Notes under the pieces: generated by a model
What the model saw: the letters and a program-made list of their open reading frames with translations, nothing else
Databases searched by the model: none
Told to the model about the DNA's origin: nothing
Position numbers and translations under genes: made by a program
Part shown: one piece after another, positions 1-12,779 of the stretch
Layout: each line of letters opens with the position of its first letter
Position numbering within the stretch: position 1 is the stretch's first letter
Assembly: GCF_004010195.1 (NCBI RefSeq)
Contig: NC_057754.1
Span: 2,075,238-2,139,237, forward strand
Source: Chiloscyllium plagiosum
Lineage: Eukaryota
DNA: 64,000 bases
Direction: 5' to 3'

Positions 1-1788
1 CTAGAGTATAGAAAAGTACAGCCACTCAACTCAGTCAAATGCCTTCTCTGCATCTAAAGAAATCACCAATCCCTGTATTGACTGCTGTTGGCATGCTTGA
101 ATTATGTGAAGCAGCCTCCTAACGTTATTGGAGGATCTGCGACCCTTTATGAAGTCCGTCTGATCCTCTTTAATAATAGAGTAACACAGTTTCCAGCCTT
201 AACGCAAGAGCCTTAGAGAGGATCTTAAAGTCCACATTTAAGAGTGAGATGGGCCTGTATGAAGCACAGTCTTCCGGATCCTTCCCTTTTTTAAGGATAA
301 GTGAAATATTGGCCTCTCTCAGAGATGGTGGAGGACAAACATGACTGTATGAATCATTAAACATATTCAGCATCGGGCCTGACAGTATACTTATAAATTC
401 CTTATAGAATTCACTGGGAAGTCCATCAGGACCGGGCGCCTTTCCACTCTGAAGCTGCCTCACAGCTCAGAGCACTTCTTGCTCTGATAATGGGGCATTG
501 AGAAAGGACTGTTGTTCGGGATTCACACCTGGGAGCTTCAGATCTCTAAAAATGGATTCCATTTTGGCCTGCCCCTCCTCACAATTCTCAGATATATATA
601 ATTTAGAGTAGAATCTCTGGAATGCCACATTAATCTTTTTAGAATCACATGTTAGGTTCCCAGAGCCTTCTCTAATCGCTGTACTGGTTTGTGGGGCACT
701 TCTCTTTCTGGCAAGGTATGCTAAGTATTTGCCTGGTTTGTCACCATGCGTGTATAACCTTTGCTTTGCAAAAGCCAGCTATTTCTTTGCCGTCTGCGTG
801 AGCACGGAATTTAGTGCAGACCGCAGTGCCGTAATCCTCTGTAGTTTGACCAACGAGGGTCTGTCAAAATAGGCCTTCTCGGCTGCCTTCAACCGTGCTT
901 CAAGGAGACATTGCTGCTCACCCTTCTGCCGCTTCCTACTTGTGGAAAATGAAATAACTAACCTCTGGCATAACCTATGTTGATGTCTATGAATGCCCGA
1001 AATTCCCTAGAGAAATACTCCACAAACTTGCTGTCTATGAGAATAAAGGGGTCCATTTGCCAGTACCTTGAATCCACTGTAACATCCTTAATTTTAACCA
1101 TGAGGTACTCTGGATCATAATCAGAGATGACAATATAACCAATCGTACAGGATGCCACCAGATCCAGGGTTACTGCAGGGGTCAGAAAAAAATCAATCCT
1201 CGTGTGACATCTGTGTGGATTGGAGAAAAACGTGAAATCCCTACCTGTAGGGTGGAGACACCTCCAGACGTCCACCAATCCTAATTCCCCACACGAACCC
1301 AATATCGAGGGTATCGAGGGACCTTTAGGCAACCTGTCTACTGTGGGGTCAATGAGGCAGTTAAAATCTCCCCCTATAATGATGTGCCGAGACTTGAGAC
1401 TTATCAGTTTAGAGAAAACATCTACCAATAGATTAAGAGGATGAGCTAGGGGACAATAAACATTTAAAATGCCATATTCTTCCCCATTTATCAAGGCTTT
1501 AAGAATTACAAACTTCCCGTATGTGTCTTTAACACATTCCAACAATTTAAATGAGAGATTTTTCCTTACCAATATAGCTACTCCCCTACTTCTGGTATTA
1601 AATGATGAAAAATAAATTTGGTCAAAGCCATTCTGCTGTAATTTCAGATGCTCCTTGTCATCCAAATGTGTCTCCTGTAACAAAGCAATATCCACCCTCT
1701 CCTTTCTAAGACTCAAGAGTACCTTTTTCCTCTTAATTGGTGAGTGACTTCCCTTGATATTCCATCATTTAATCAAATCATTAGCCAT
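1..1788 (-). pseudogene. L1 ORF2p (APE endonuclease and start of RT), disrupted
   Basis: LLQETHL, RGVAIL, GGDFN, RIDFF (endonuclease); GKAPGPDG, YRPISLLNVD, DAEKAFD (RT); several frameshifts and stops. Confidence 0.93.
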
Positions 1789-2392
1789 AATCTTCTGCAA
1801 TTACATTTAAATTCCAGAGAGGAGGAAACCGAACCACAAATTGCTGAGCCTTAGTGTCGCATGATCCACCAAATATAAAAACTACATAAACTAAAACCAC
1901 TACATTTAACAAACATACAAAATTATTAAAAATAAAAAACAACAAAAACCAGAAAACAAACCAACATATAAAGCATCAATAGTGCTGAGTCGGGGAACTC
2001 ACCCCCTGCCCGGAGGGGGCAACTACCTGTCCTGAACTGCCCATAAATAGGCATCTAACCATCTCAACCACCTTCATTTCTCCCATCTAGAGCCGCTTCG
2101 CAAGCACAAGCTAAAAAGAATAAACATCCCATCGAATATCAATATGAATAAAAAAACATTCTTTTATAAAAAAAAAGGGAATAAATACCCCATCCATCCT
2201 TTGGTATGTCCTAACTTAGAAATTTAAAATGTACATCTTAACCACCGCCAGACATAGTTTGAACCAAATTATTATCAATAGAGGTAAAAAAAAGGGAAAA
2301 ACAAATTTCCAACCGGATTTCCTCCATTTCTTTTCCAGAATGATAAACGCATACCCAAGCAACAATATTTATACATATTACAATTGTTTAAC

Positions 2393-3228
2393 TTAGGTTA
2401 GTTTGTTCACAAAGTCTCTTGCCTTCTTCGATGTGTCAAAGAGATGCATGGATCCATCTAAGGTGATCCGAAGCACTGCTGGATATCTCAGGGAGTACTG
2501 AATCCCAAGCTCCTTCAATCTTCTCTTGACACCATCATACGATTTTCATTTCTGGATCACCGCCGCTGAAAAGTCCTGAAAAAACATGATCTTAGACCTC
2601 TCGTAAATTAGGGCCTTTGGATCCTTCCCCTGGAGTCTGGAAGCCTCCATGACTCTCTCCTTATCCCAGTAGTGATGGAACCGCACCAGGAAAGGACAAG
2701 AGCGTTGACCCAGGTCCGACCTCCGTGCTGCGACCCGGTGAGCCCTCTCTATCTTCATTCCTCTCATGCCAGTCTCCAAGTCAAGGAATTTCGGAAGCCA
2801 ATCTTCAACAAATTCCGCAGGCCGCTCACCTTCCTTACCCTCAGGCAGACCGATGATCCAAATGTTTTGTCTCCTGCCCCTGTTTTCAAGATCATCCACT
2901 TGGTCACCAAATTACGAACCTGTGAAGGGTTTGGTCACCAAATTACGAAGGGCTTGGATCTCTTCCTTGAATGAATTGGCATCAGCTTCCACCACTGTGA
3001 CCCTGTGCTCCACCTCATCCGTCCTCTTCTCCAGTTCTCCCAGCTGCTGCTCATGCTTCTGCAGCATGAGAGAGAGACTGGAGCCAGCTTATCTTCAATC
3101 TGTTTCCCCAACATCTCACGAGATTTCGAGAGCTGGTTCACCAGGTCCTGGAGAGTAATCTGCTCTGAGGCTGCTGCAGGCTGAGCTGCAGGCCCGGCCT
3201 CAGATGCTCCTCCTCCCTTTTTAAGCAT
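2393..3228 (-). pseudogene. L1 ORF1p (coiled coil/RRM/CTD), frameshifted
   Basis: DDLENRGRRQNIWIIGLPEG, IERAHR and FFQDFS motifs; split over ORFs 2935-3228 and 2546-2899; stop TAA at 2393-2395. Confidence 0.9.
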
Positions 3229-3395
3229 TTCTGGACAGCTGAAAATACAGGTAAGTCAATTTTTAAATGGTTCTTGGGTCTCCACAATCTTTTCAACACC
3301 CCAAGAAATCCTGATGACCTGGGTTGGGTGGGTTAAAGGACCGTCCTGCTCCTGCTGCGATGCGAAGCTCTGTAGTGTGATCTTCTCAGATCGCT

Positions 3396-3403
3396 GCCAT
3401 CTT
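3396..3403 (-). promoter_or_regulatory. YY1-type motif AAGATGGC at the L1 5' end
   Basis: Matches the YY1 core about 10 nt inside the G-rich start, the position seen in mammalian L1 promoters. Confidence 0.55.
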
Positions 3404-6400
3404 AGATCCCCCTAACTTTTTAGTGTTTATGTAAAACAGTTGAAAGAAGTATTGGTGGCAGTACGCTACTCGTGTTTGGTACTGTGCCATACAACAACAC
3501 TGCTCACAGCATATAAATTGTGGATTATACCATGCCCTGTCAAGAACAGGAATGTGTGAAATCACAGGGCACCTCAGAAAAATGTTTTAAAATGTCATGG
3601 GCCTCATCTCACCAAATCCTGTTTGGCTTTGGGTTAACTGAGGGAGACTGAGTCTCTTCTGCTCAGGATGTCTGTAAAAAGAATGACATTAACCACTCGA
3701 TGCTGCCATTGGAACTTGATATGCATTTGTTAAAATTGGATTGGTGGGGTTTGGGTGGGTATCCTTATCAAATCCAAGGAAGAAGAGATGAAAATCAGAA
3801 CTTTTCAGTCCTGGACAGAGGCAGGAGTGGTGGGGTGGAGTTGGTACTTAATATCGTTCTTCACAGCCTGAGGACTTTGTTTTATGAACAACTCACAATT
3901 AATCTTAATCTCTAATTGGAAAGCTGTAGCTTTGAAAATGTCCCCAGGGTGAGACATGAAACAAAACATCAATGGTAATGAGCATTGCCAGTGCAAACCC
4001 CTGTCCTATCAGTCTGTCACATGGTCTTGTGTACCTGAGCAATTTGGCCTATTGACAAATACCTATTACTTATCCACTCCCGAGGCTCACGCAGAGCATT
4101 GACTTCCAAAACCAGAAGTTAATGCACTAGCAAACCAAATGGCCACACAGCCACTTAGCTTCAATGGATGTTGGCTGCAGTTTACTAAAAATAAAGTGAC
4201 TTTGAAGAAATAGTAAGGCAAAACTTTTAAAAACTTTAAAGATGGGGGCTCTTGTCTTAATTAGTTGAAAAACATCACTCTGTAAGGATTGGGAGGCTTC
4301 AGTGCTAATGGTTACCTAGCAGTTTTGCCTAGTCTGAGAATTCTGTTTTATAGCCCCAAGGGTCAGTGTAAAGAAAACCCCTCAGAAGCTGCATACTTCT
4401 CAACTCCTGTCTTTTAGCAGAAGTTCCTGGGGAATTTGGTCATTTCCACTTATCACTATTTCTGTCGATATGGTAAAACCGGAAAGGATGGATTGTGTTT
4501 AATCCTTGAAGACTCAAATCCAAGTTAGTTGCAATCAAAACTGGACATATGCCACCAAACTACAGCTGAGAGCAATTCAGTTTCATCAACAGGAAATTAA
4601 GTAGATACAAGATCTTGTCACATTTTTTCCTTTGCTTCCAGACCCTTGGCCCACAGGGTTATTTTTGCCCTTTAACCCCACCATCTCCTCAGAGACTTCT
4701 ATTTTGTGTTCTGCATCTGTGTGTGGGATTAAGGACACATTGTTTCAATTTCAATCACAGCTTTTATATTAACCAGTGTTTGCCACTTGTCTTAAGAATC
4801 AATTTTGCTCATAATAAATGGATTATTTAGAGTTAATTTAGGAAGCCTGTGGACATTTCTTTTACTCTAGAGGGTAGTACATAGAGAAGCAGTTGACTAT
4901 TTGGGTAATTGAATCAACACTTTTACTCTCATGGCAAAAACGGGGCTTCTTGATCAGTACATTGCTGCTGTCATATAGAATGTAATTGGAAATTCAGGAG
5001 GCACTTCTTTACACAGAGTGGTGAGAATGTGGAACTCACTGCTTCTGATTTATTTCCGACCCATGCTATTAGTTCACTTTCCTTTTTAACAGATACTGTT
5101 TGCCCTATTGTGCCCTTCTAGCATTTACAATTTCTGTTTTCCTATCATGTTGAAACATTTTTGTTCTATCTTTGTTTTGGAAACATTCTTTGTATTGAGA
5201 CTGCGCGTTGTGTTCTGGTATTGAGACACTGTGACAGTTCAGGTCCAGGTCTTTTCTCCATGAGTTAATCTCAGTGGAATTAGCAATAAGTTCAAATCTA
5301 TCCTTGGCTTCATCACTCTTTATTTCTTCTCCAACCCTCCAGTGCTCGGAAATCTTAATATTCCTGTAATTCTGGCCCCTTGCATGTTGCTATTTTCACC
5401 ATTCGTTGGCAGCCATGCATTATCCCATATAGGAGTAAACCTTGGAATTCCTCTTCTATACCCCAACTCTCCTCCTTTGAGGCAGTCTTTAAAATCTACC
5501 CCTTTCCCATTGTCCTAGAATCTCTTTGCGGGTTTGATGTCAAAATGATGTCAAAACGCCACTGTGAAATGCCCTACATAATTTTCCGATGTTAATGTTG
5601 CTAAATGCATGAGAAATAGAAACAAATAGCGATGGACAAATTCAACAGATCTGTGGACACAGAATCAGAGTTAACGTTTGGAGTTCAATATGACTGTCCT
5701 TTGACAGAATCTGCAGCTTCTAGTACGATTTTGGTTTTAGTTTGATATCAATGCAGGTTCCATTAGCATCTAGAAACATTGCCCATTTAATGCGTTAGAT
5801 TTGTCCATCAGCTGTTCCCTCAGCCCCCTATTCCTCTTTGTCTTCTGTCAGTTTGCCTTTATACATGATGTATCTCCAAATCTGGGTCAGCCTGCAAAAT
5901 CTCAAAACTACAGCTAAGTACCCTAAGGTATAAAAAGACTTACCATGCAGATGGAACATGAAGAGTTTGATGCAGAAACTCATTCTGCTTGATTGTTTGC
6001 TTACAGACTAATGCCACTTGATAGATGCGCACTTAATCGAAGCTTCTGCTCTAAAGATTATCATTATGTCTTCAAAAGAATGCTTATTACACTGTTGTAA
6101 TTGTGCAAACACCCCTACTGTGTAGAGCTGACCATCCCAATTATTGCTAACACTCGCCATCCTTCATTTGAATGTGTGATGTCTGTCACTTTGATAACCT
6201 GCTTCTGTGCAGTCCGGGGTTCCCAAATTAGCTGATTTAAAGCAACAGCAGCATTTGCTAATGAGCAGTTACCCTTGAGAACATTTTATTTTGCCTAGCA
6301 AGATTACAAATGCAGAGTGGAATGTCTCCCCATCCTCTCTTCCCCCCCACCCCCAACCTCCCCTATCCCTCCTTCACCACACACAAAACTCTCATTTATT

Positions 6401-8250
6401 TTCTTATTACACAAGATGTGTTCATAATTGCTTGTTAGTTGACAAGAGCATTCAGCTTCCTGTCATCTTCAACTTAAATTTATCCACAGTGTCGTATATC
6501 ACCCGATATAAGTCGACCCAGCATACAAGACAACTCCACTCTTTCAATGCCCAAAGATTACGTTCTTGCATCTATTTGGTGTATAAGCTTACCCCCAATC
6601 CTTGAAAAACATAAGATGCCTTACTGTCTTAGTAGTCACCTTCAATTTTGCATCCAAAAATGCATGCTTTGTTTATTATTGCCTTATAACTAGATGAAAG
6701 AGCTTAAACAGGTGATAATTGCTTGTAATTGTGAAGATATACAGGAGTTTAAGACTTGCCCACGCAGACCAGACTCCATGTGAAATGAGCAGCAATTATG
6801 GTGATCACACACAGCCACACATGTTCAATGTATAATAAGTCAGCCCCTGTTTTGGAGGGATTTTATTGAAGGCTTCAAAGTCAATAACTGTGGTAATTAT
6901 TGTCAATGATTGCATATGCAAAAGGTGAACTATTTTGAGAGTCTAGCCCATTGAATGAACAGTCACTTTATTCACTTAATGCTTTAACTGGACTAAGATA
7001 TGGGCAGTAGTACGTTCCAAGTTCAAATCCAGATCTCTGTTCAGTCAGCTGATCTCAGCCAAGACTACAATGCCCTTGACCGAGGTGAAGATGAGAAATA
7101 TTGGGAAGGATTCAGGCTGATGGGCATTAACCGGTCATCCCTGATAGTGGCTGCGTGTATATACTTTGGATGAGGACGGAATTGGTTTTTGTTATATTCT
7201 CTCCTAACCTAAATAACTTGCTTGTAGTCATGCCTTGGGCTCACACATACAAAACGGACAGCTGAGTATTTGCTGGGATGACTCTTAATGCCTGTGGAAA
7301 CATACCCCAGCATGATTCAGTGACTTCAGAAGATGATGTAAGAAAGCTGTAAAAAAAACTTAACTTTACACTGAATGAAACACTCTGCCTCTGTCATAGC
7401 AGTTATCTATCCTCCACAGTACTTTATTTAGTTATATGTCTACATACACAATAGGCAGTTGACAGTCTAATCACAGTTGAATTCCCTAGAAAGGATCACC
7501 GCTATCCATATTGTACAGTATGTCAATTATCAGTGTAAACTCTGGTTTGGTATTGATTTTCTGCCAATTGGTGCCAATGGTGTGTTCAGTAAATCCTGCG
7601 GATTGTTATGCATTAACACAACATGAACAGACATAATTGCTACATTGTCATTCATTCCATTTTTTCCTCCTTTCTTCTCAACATTGCACATTGGAGCCTG
7701 AGGGGACCGTGAAATCTACCACTGCTTCGATGTTATGCAGTGATCTTTCAGAAATTCCAGACCATCTCACTTTACAATTCGGTTCCATCCTGTTCCTATT
7801 CCAAGTCCTTCAGTCAGGCTTCCTTCCCCCATCCACTACACTGTTGGAAGTAAGGACTGATGAAACCCAGCATAAGCACCTCATGTAACCTTGAATGTGT
7901 TTTGCCATCTCTCTTCATGTTCCTCAACCTTTCCATTATTTCAAATGCGGTTAACCACTCCACTTATTTTTGAGTGCAATTCCTTCTGGTCTGAGTGTGA
8001 GCTTGCAGTATCTCCAATAGTTATGTAAGGATTGGATCTTCCCTACACACACAAGCACACACGAACAGATGCACACATGCCTCGGTGGGTGCACTGTCTC
8101 AAAGTGTCGCAGGCTTTTGTTTCAAAAATGTCATATTATTCAAAGCAGAGGCTTAAATTAAGTGAGCATCTATCACGTAGCATCAGTTTGTAAGCAAACA
8201 ATCAAGCAGAATGAGCTTGTGCAAATGTTGCTATGTCGTTACCAATCAAC

Positions 8251-8435
8251 TAGGAGAAAGTGAGGACTGCAGATGCTGGAAATCAGAGCTGAAAATGTGT
8301 TGCTGGAAAAGCGCAGCAGGTCAGGCAGCATCCAAGGAGCAGGAGAATCGACGTTCTTATGCCTGAAACGTCGATTCTCCTGCTCCTTGGATGCTGCCTG
8401 ACCTGCTGAGCTTTTCCAGCAACACATTTTTCAGC
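8251..8435. mobile_element. Palindromic non-autonomous Penelope-like (Neptune-type pLTR) element
   Basis: Inverted arms around the centre gacgttcttatgcctgaaacgtc; TSD cgttacca(a)tcaac at 8237-8250 and 8436-8448. Confidence 0.85.
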
Positions 8436-8464
8436 CGTTACCATCAACGTCCATTTGTCACCCA

Positions 8465-8610
8465 ATCAGCACTTTCCTCTTGTAATATAAATATTGATTT
8501 TTTTTCTTCTTGAAATGTATTTTTGTGAACTGTCCTGATGAATGTAAGGCAAAACTTCAACAATTTTGTTTTCAACAAGACGCAAATATTCTGCTCTATC
8601 AAACAACTAC
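8465..8610 (+). mobile_element. Old PLE 3' fragment with decayed hammerhead core
   Basis: cctgatgaatgtaaggcaaaacttc near 8534-8558 resembles CTGATGA-stem-GAAA. Confidence 0.35.
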
Positions 8611-9891
8611 TTATAAAAGAGCTCCTGGAGTTTGGAGTTTTTGGAGACTTGAGATCTGAGGAGAACCAGATGTCTTAAGTGAAATATTATTTTAAGGTTT
8701 TCCCCCCACTAGCTCCCAGGATCTTAATCCGAAAATAGCCATATTTATCAATGTATAAGAAATGAATCAGTGTTAGCGCTGCTCGAATGGTTACATGCAA
8801 GTTGCTGTTCTTTTCAATAAAACAGGTGGGGAGTGGTAATTGATGGGGGTTTGGGGGACAGAGCAGTGTTACATCCAGCATAAGCTTTTTATCTCCTTCA
8901 ATTACACTCCACATATCATCTTTCTGTCTGTCCCCTGTGCTGGCCAAAGATAGGCACCATTCTCTACAGCAGCTATAATTCTGTGTAAACAGCTGACACC
9001 CTTTTCACGCTGAGGGATATCATGTCATTGTGAGGGATAGGCAGTGTTATTTGGCTGTCTTTCTGTGCGGTCTTGTCTCTGTATTTCTTCCTTATTACCA
9101 CACTGTTGGCCTCCCTTAGAGACTGCACCAGCAGTTTGGAAATTACATTCAGATGTGACAGCTGCACAATTTTAATTTTATATTTAGAAACCATTTTCAT
9201 AACATAACACTTATTTACCTATTTAAAATCTGAAGTATTTAAATGTTAATGCTTCAGGGATTTATCAGCGCATATTGTTCAACACATCTGAGAATAAAGC
9301 ATTCTATACAGAGGGCTATGTGACACAGGGAGTATCACGTGTGACCATGATCCAGTCAATATCTGACATCTGACAGGTTCATTTTCCAAACAAAACTATG
9401 AGCATGATCTCTGACTGATGTTCACTCAGCTCAACCTTCTGCGCTGGCTCCCATTTGCCTTTAATATTCTTTTTTGTTGCTCATCTATAATTGCCCTTTA
9501 ACTGAATGGCTGGCGGCCATTTCTGAGAGTAGTTAAGAGTCAACCACTTTGCTGGATTCACATATAAGACAGACTAGGGAAGAAAAGCAGATTTGTTTGT
9601 TTGATTTGGTTTGATTTATTATTTTCACATGTACTGAGATACAGTGAAAGGTGATGCTTTGTTTGCTATACAGGCAGATCGTTCCATACAAAGTCCACAA
9701 TGATAGCAGAACAGTGTGCAGAATACAGTGTTACTGCCCCAGAGAAGGTGCAGAGAGAGAGAGAGAGAGATCAACATTAACATAAAACGTAGAATAATAC
9801 AGAACAGGAACATGCCTCAAAGTTTGTGCGAAGATTTGTAGCTCGGGTGCTCGTTGTTGTGGTTCTGTTCGCCGAGCTGGAAGTTTTTGTT

Positions 9892-9931
9892 GCAAACGTT
9901 TCGTCCCCTGGCTAGGCGACATCATCAGTGC
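9892..9931 (-). ncRNA. Minimal type I hammerhead ribozyme motif
   Basis: GCA CTGATGA T GTCGCCT AGCC AGGGGAC GAAAC GTT TGC: both core boxes, stem II and a 3 bp stem I. Confidence 0.75.
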
Positions 9932-10859
9932 TTGGGAGCCTCCTGCGAAGCGCTTCTTTGATGTTTCCTCCGGTGTTTATAGTGGTCTGTCCCTGCCGCT
10001 TCCGGTTGTCAGTTTCAGCTGTCCGCTGTAGTGGTTGGTATATTGGTTCCAGGTCGATGTGTTTGTTGATGGAGTTTGTGGATGAATGCCATGCCTCTAG
10101 AAATTCTCTGGCTGTTTTCTGTCTGGCTTGCCCTATGATAGTAGTGTTGTCCCAGTCGAATTCATGTTGCTTGTTGTCTGCGTGTGTGGCTACTAAGGAT
10201 AGCTGGTCGTGTCGTTTCGTGGCTAGTTGATGTTCATGTATCAGGACACTATTCAAAAGGGCCACAACACACTGCAGTACACCAGGACTGCAAAAAGAAG
10301 AAGAGGAACACCTATACAAGGTATTCGCCAAAAACCATAACTGCCTCTGCTATGTGTCCCGAGATTGGTGATCCCATGGGTGTTCCGTTGATTTGTTCGT
10401 ATATCTGGTTGTTGAATGTGAAGTGTGTTGTGAGGCACAAGTCCAGTAGTTTAAGTATGCCGTCTTTGTTGATAGGTTCAGCATCCTGTTTTTTGTTCTG
10501 TATGTCCTGTAGGTTGGCTATTATTTCTCTGGCTAGGGTTCATGTCCGCATACATGAACATCAACTAGCCACGAAGCGACACGACCAGCTATCCTTAGTA
10601 GCCACACACGCAGACAACAAGCAACATGAATTCGCCTGGGACAACACTACTATCATAGGGCAAGCCAGACAGAGAACAGCCAGGGAATTCCTAGAGGCAT
10701 GGCATTCATCCACAAACTCCATCAACAAACACATCGACCTGGACCCAATATACCAACCACTACAGTGGACAGCTGAAACTGACAACCGGAGGCGGCAGGG
10801 ACAGACCACTATAAACACCGGAGGAAACATCAAAGAAGCGCTTCGCAGGAGGCTCCCAA

Positions 10860-10899
10860 GCACTGATGATGTCGCCTAGCCAGGGGACGAAACGTTTAC
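10860..10899 (+). ncRNA. Minimal hammerhead ribozyme motif (right PLE arm)
   Basis: CTGATGA at 10863-10869, GAAAC at 10889-10893; one stem I mismatch. Confidence 0.7.
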
Positions 10900-11639
10900 A
10901 ACAAAAACTTCCAGCTCGGCGAACAGAACCACAACAAGGAACATGCCTTTTGGCCCACGATGTTGTGCAGAATATACTGCGAAATTAAACTAATGCCTTC
11001 TGTCCATATCCCTCCATTCCTTGCTTTATTTACATGTCTGTCTAAAGGTCCCTTGAATGCCCCCTTTGTATCTGCCTCCACCACTACCACTGGCAGTGCG
11101 TTCCAGTTCTGTGTAAAAACAACTTGCCCCTCACTTTTTTATTTAACTTCCCCCCTTACCTTAAATGCATGCCCCATAGTATTGGACATTTCAACTCTGG
11201 GAAAAAGATTCTGACTGTCAACCCTATCTAAGCTTCTCATAATTTTATAAACTTCTATCAGGTCTCCCCTTAGCCTCTGCCACTCCAGAGAAAACAACAG
11301 AAATTTTTCGAGCTCTTGTTGTAGCTTGTACCATCTAATTCAGGTAGCATCCTGGTAAACCTTTTCAGCAACCTCTCCAAAGCCTCTGCATCCTTCCTGT
11401 AATGTGGCAACCAGAATTGAACACAATACTCTAAGTGCAGCCTAACAAAAGTTTTATAAAGCTGCAACATCACTTCCTGATTCTTGTACTCAGTGCCCCA
11501 ACCAATAAAGTCAAGCATGCCAAATGCTTTCATTACCACTCTATCCACTTGTGTGGCCACTTTCAAGGAGCAATGCATTAGGAACCCAAGATCCCTCAAT
11601 ACTTCAATATTGTTAAGGGTGCTGCCATTGACTTTTTCA

Positions 11640-11985
11640 TAGAAATTCATAGAACTCCTAAAGTGTGGAAGCTGGCCATTCGACCCATCATGTCCACACC
11701 AACCCTTTGAAAGGCATTCTAACCAGATCTACCCTATATTGCTCTCCATGTAACCCTACATTTCCCATGGCTAACCCACCTAGCCTGCACACCCCTGGAC
11801 ACTATGTGGGCAATTCAGCATGGCCAATCCACCTGACTTGCACATCTTTAGACTGTAGGAGGAAGCCCACGTAGACACAGGGAGAATATGCAAACTCCAC
11901 ACAGACAGTCGCCCAAGGCTGGAACCAAACCCAGGCCCCTGGTGCTGTGAGGCAGCATTGCTAACCGCTGAACCACCATGCTGCT
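11640..11985 (-). mobile_element. HE1-type V-SINE nested in CR1
   Basis: tRNA-like head, tgtgtggagtttgca core, CR1-like tail. Confidence 0.88.
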
Positions 11986-12779
11986 CTAGCACTGTGTACC
12001 TTCTCTTAATATTTGATCTCCCACAATACAACATCTCACACTTGCCCAGATTAAATTCCAACTCCATTTCTCTGCCCATATCTGAAACTGATCTTTATCC
12101 CACTATATCCTTTGACAACCTTCTACACTGACAACAACTTCCCCAATCTTTGTGTCATCTATGTTTTCTTCCAAGTTATTTAAATAAATCACAAACAGCA
12201 GAGGTCCCAGTATAAATCCCTGCAGAATACCCACTAGTCACGGATCTCCAGCCAGAAAAACACCCTTCCATCACTACCCTCTGTTTTCTATGGGCAAGCC
12301 AATTCTGAATCCAAACGGCCGAGTAATTGTGGATCCCATGCATCTCAATATTCTTATGAGGGATCTTGTTGAAAGCCTTACTAAAATCCATTGCTCTGCC
12401 TTCATCAATCACCTTTGTCAACGCCTCAAAAAGATTCAATCAAGTTTTCAGACTTGACCTGCCCCACGCAAAGCCATGCTGACTTTTCCTAATTAGGCCA
12501 TGTTTTTCCAAATGCAAATATCTGGGCGGTCCATTTTGAAAGTGGGGAAGAAGCTGTTTGTGAACCTGTTCATACGTATACTCAAAGTTCTATATCTTCT
12601 CCCTGACGGAAGAGGGTGGAAGAGAGTATAACTGGGGTGGGAAGGGTCTTTAATTATGTTGGTTGCTTTCCCAAGACACAAGGAAATGTAGATGGAGTCA
12701 ATGGATGAAAGTCTGATTGGTGACGGACTGGGCTGTGTTCATGACTCTGCAGTTTCTTGCGGTCTTGGGAAGAGCAGTT

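Larger units (their letters stand above)
1..3412 (-). mobile_element. L1-clade LINE, 5' end present, runs off the left edge of the window
   Basis: Minus strand begins GGGGGATCTAAGATGGC at 3412, followed by ORF1, a ~600 bp T-rich inter-ORF spacer, and ORF2 with APE and RT motifs. Confidence 0.95.
9818..10936. mobile_element. Penelope-like element (Poseidon-like), inverted/rearranged insertion
   Basis: Two inverted GIY-YIG C-terminal arms (IHEHQLATKRH..REFLEAWH) at 9818-10240 (-) and 10541-10936 (+); RT fragments in the middle; TSD aggaacatgcct at 9806-9817 and 10937-10948. Confidence 0.93.
9784..12516 (-). mobile_element. CR1/HER1-type LINE, 5'-truncated, nested in Rex1
   Basis: DFSKAFNKIPH, WIQNWL, LEYCVQFW, KRFTRMLP; its 3' tail is split by the PLE at 9818-10936. 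Confidence 0.88.

Noticed and set aside
8251..8435. Classical DNA-transposon MITE or pre-miRNA
   Set aside because: Arms are asymmetric, TSDs are long and variable, and the sequence is PLE pLTR with hammerhead remnants.
10184..10879. 231 aa ORF as a gene
   Set aside because: Chance read-through across rearranged PLE segments; only the C-terminal part is real GIY-YIG-region sequence.
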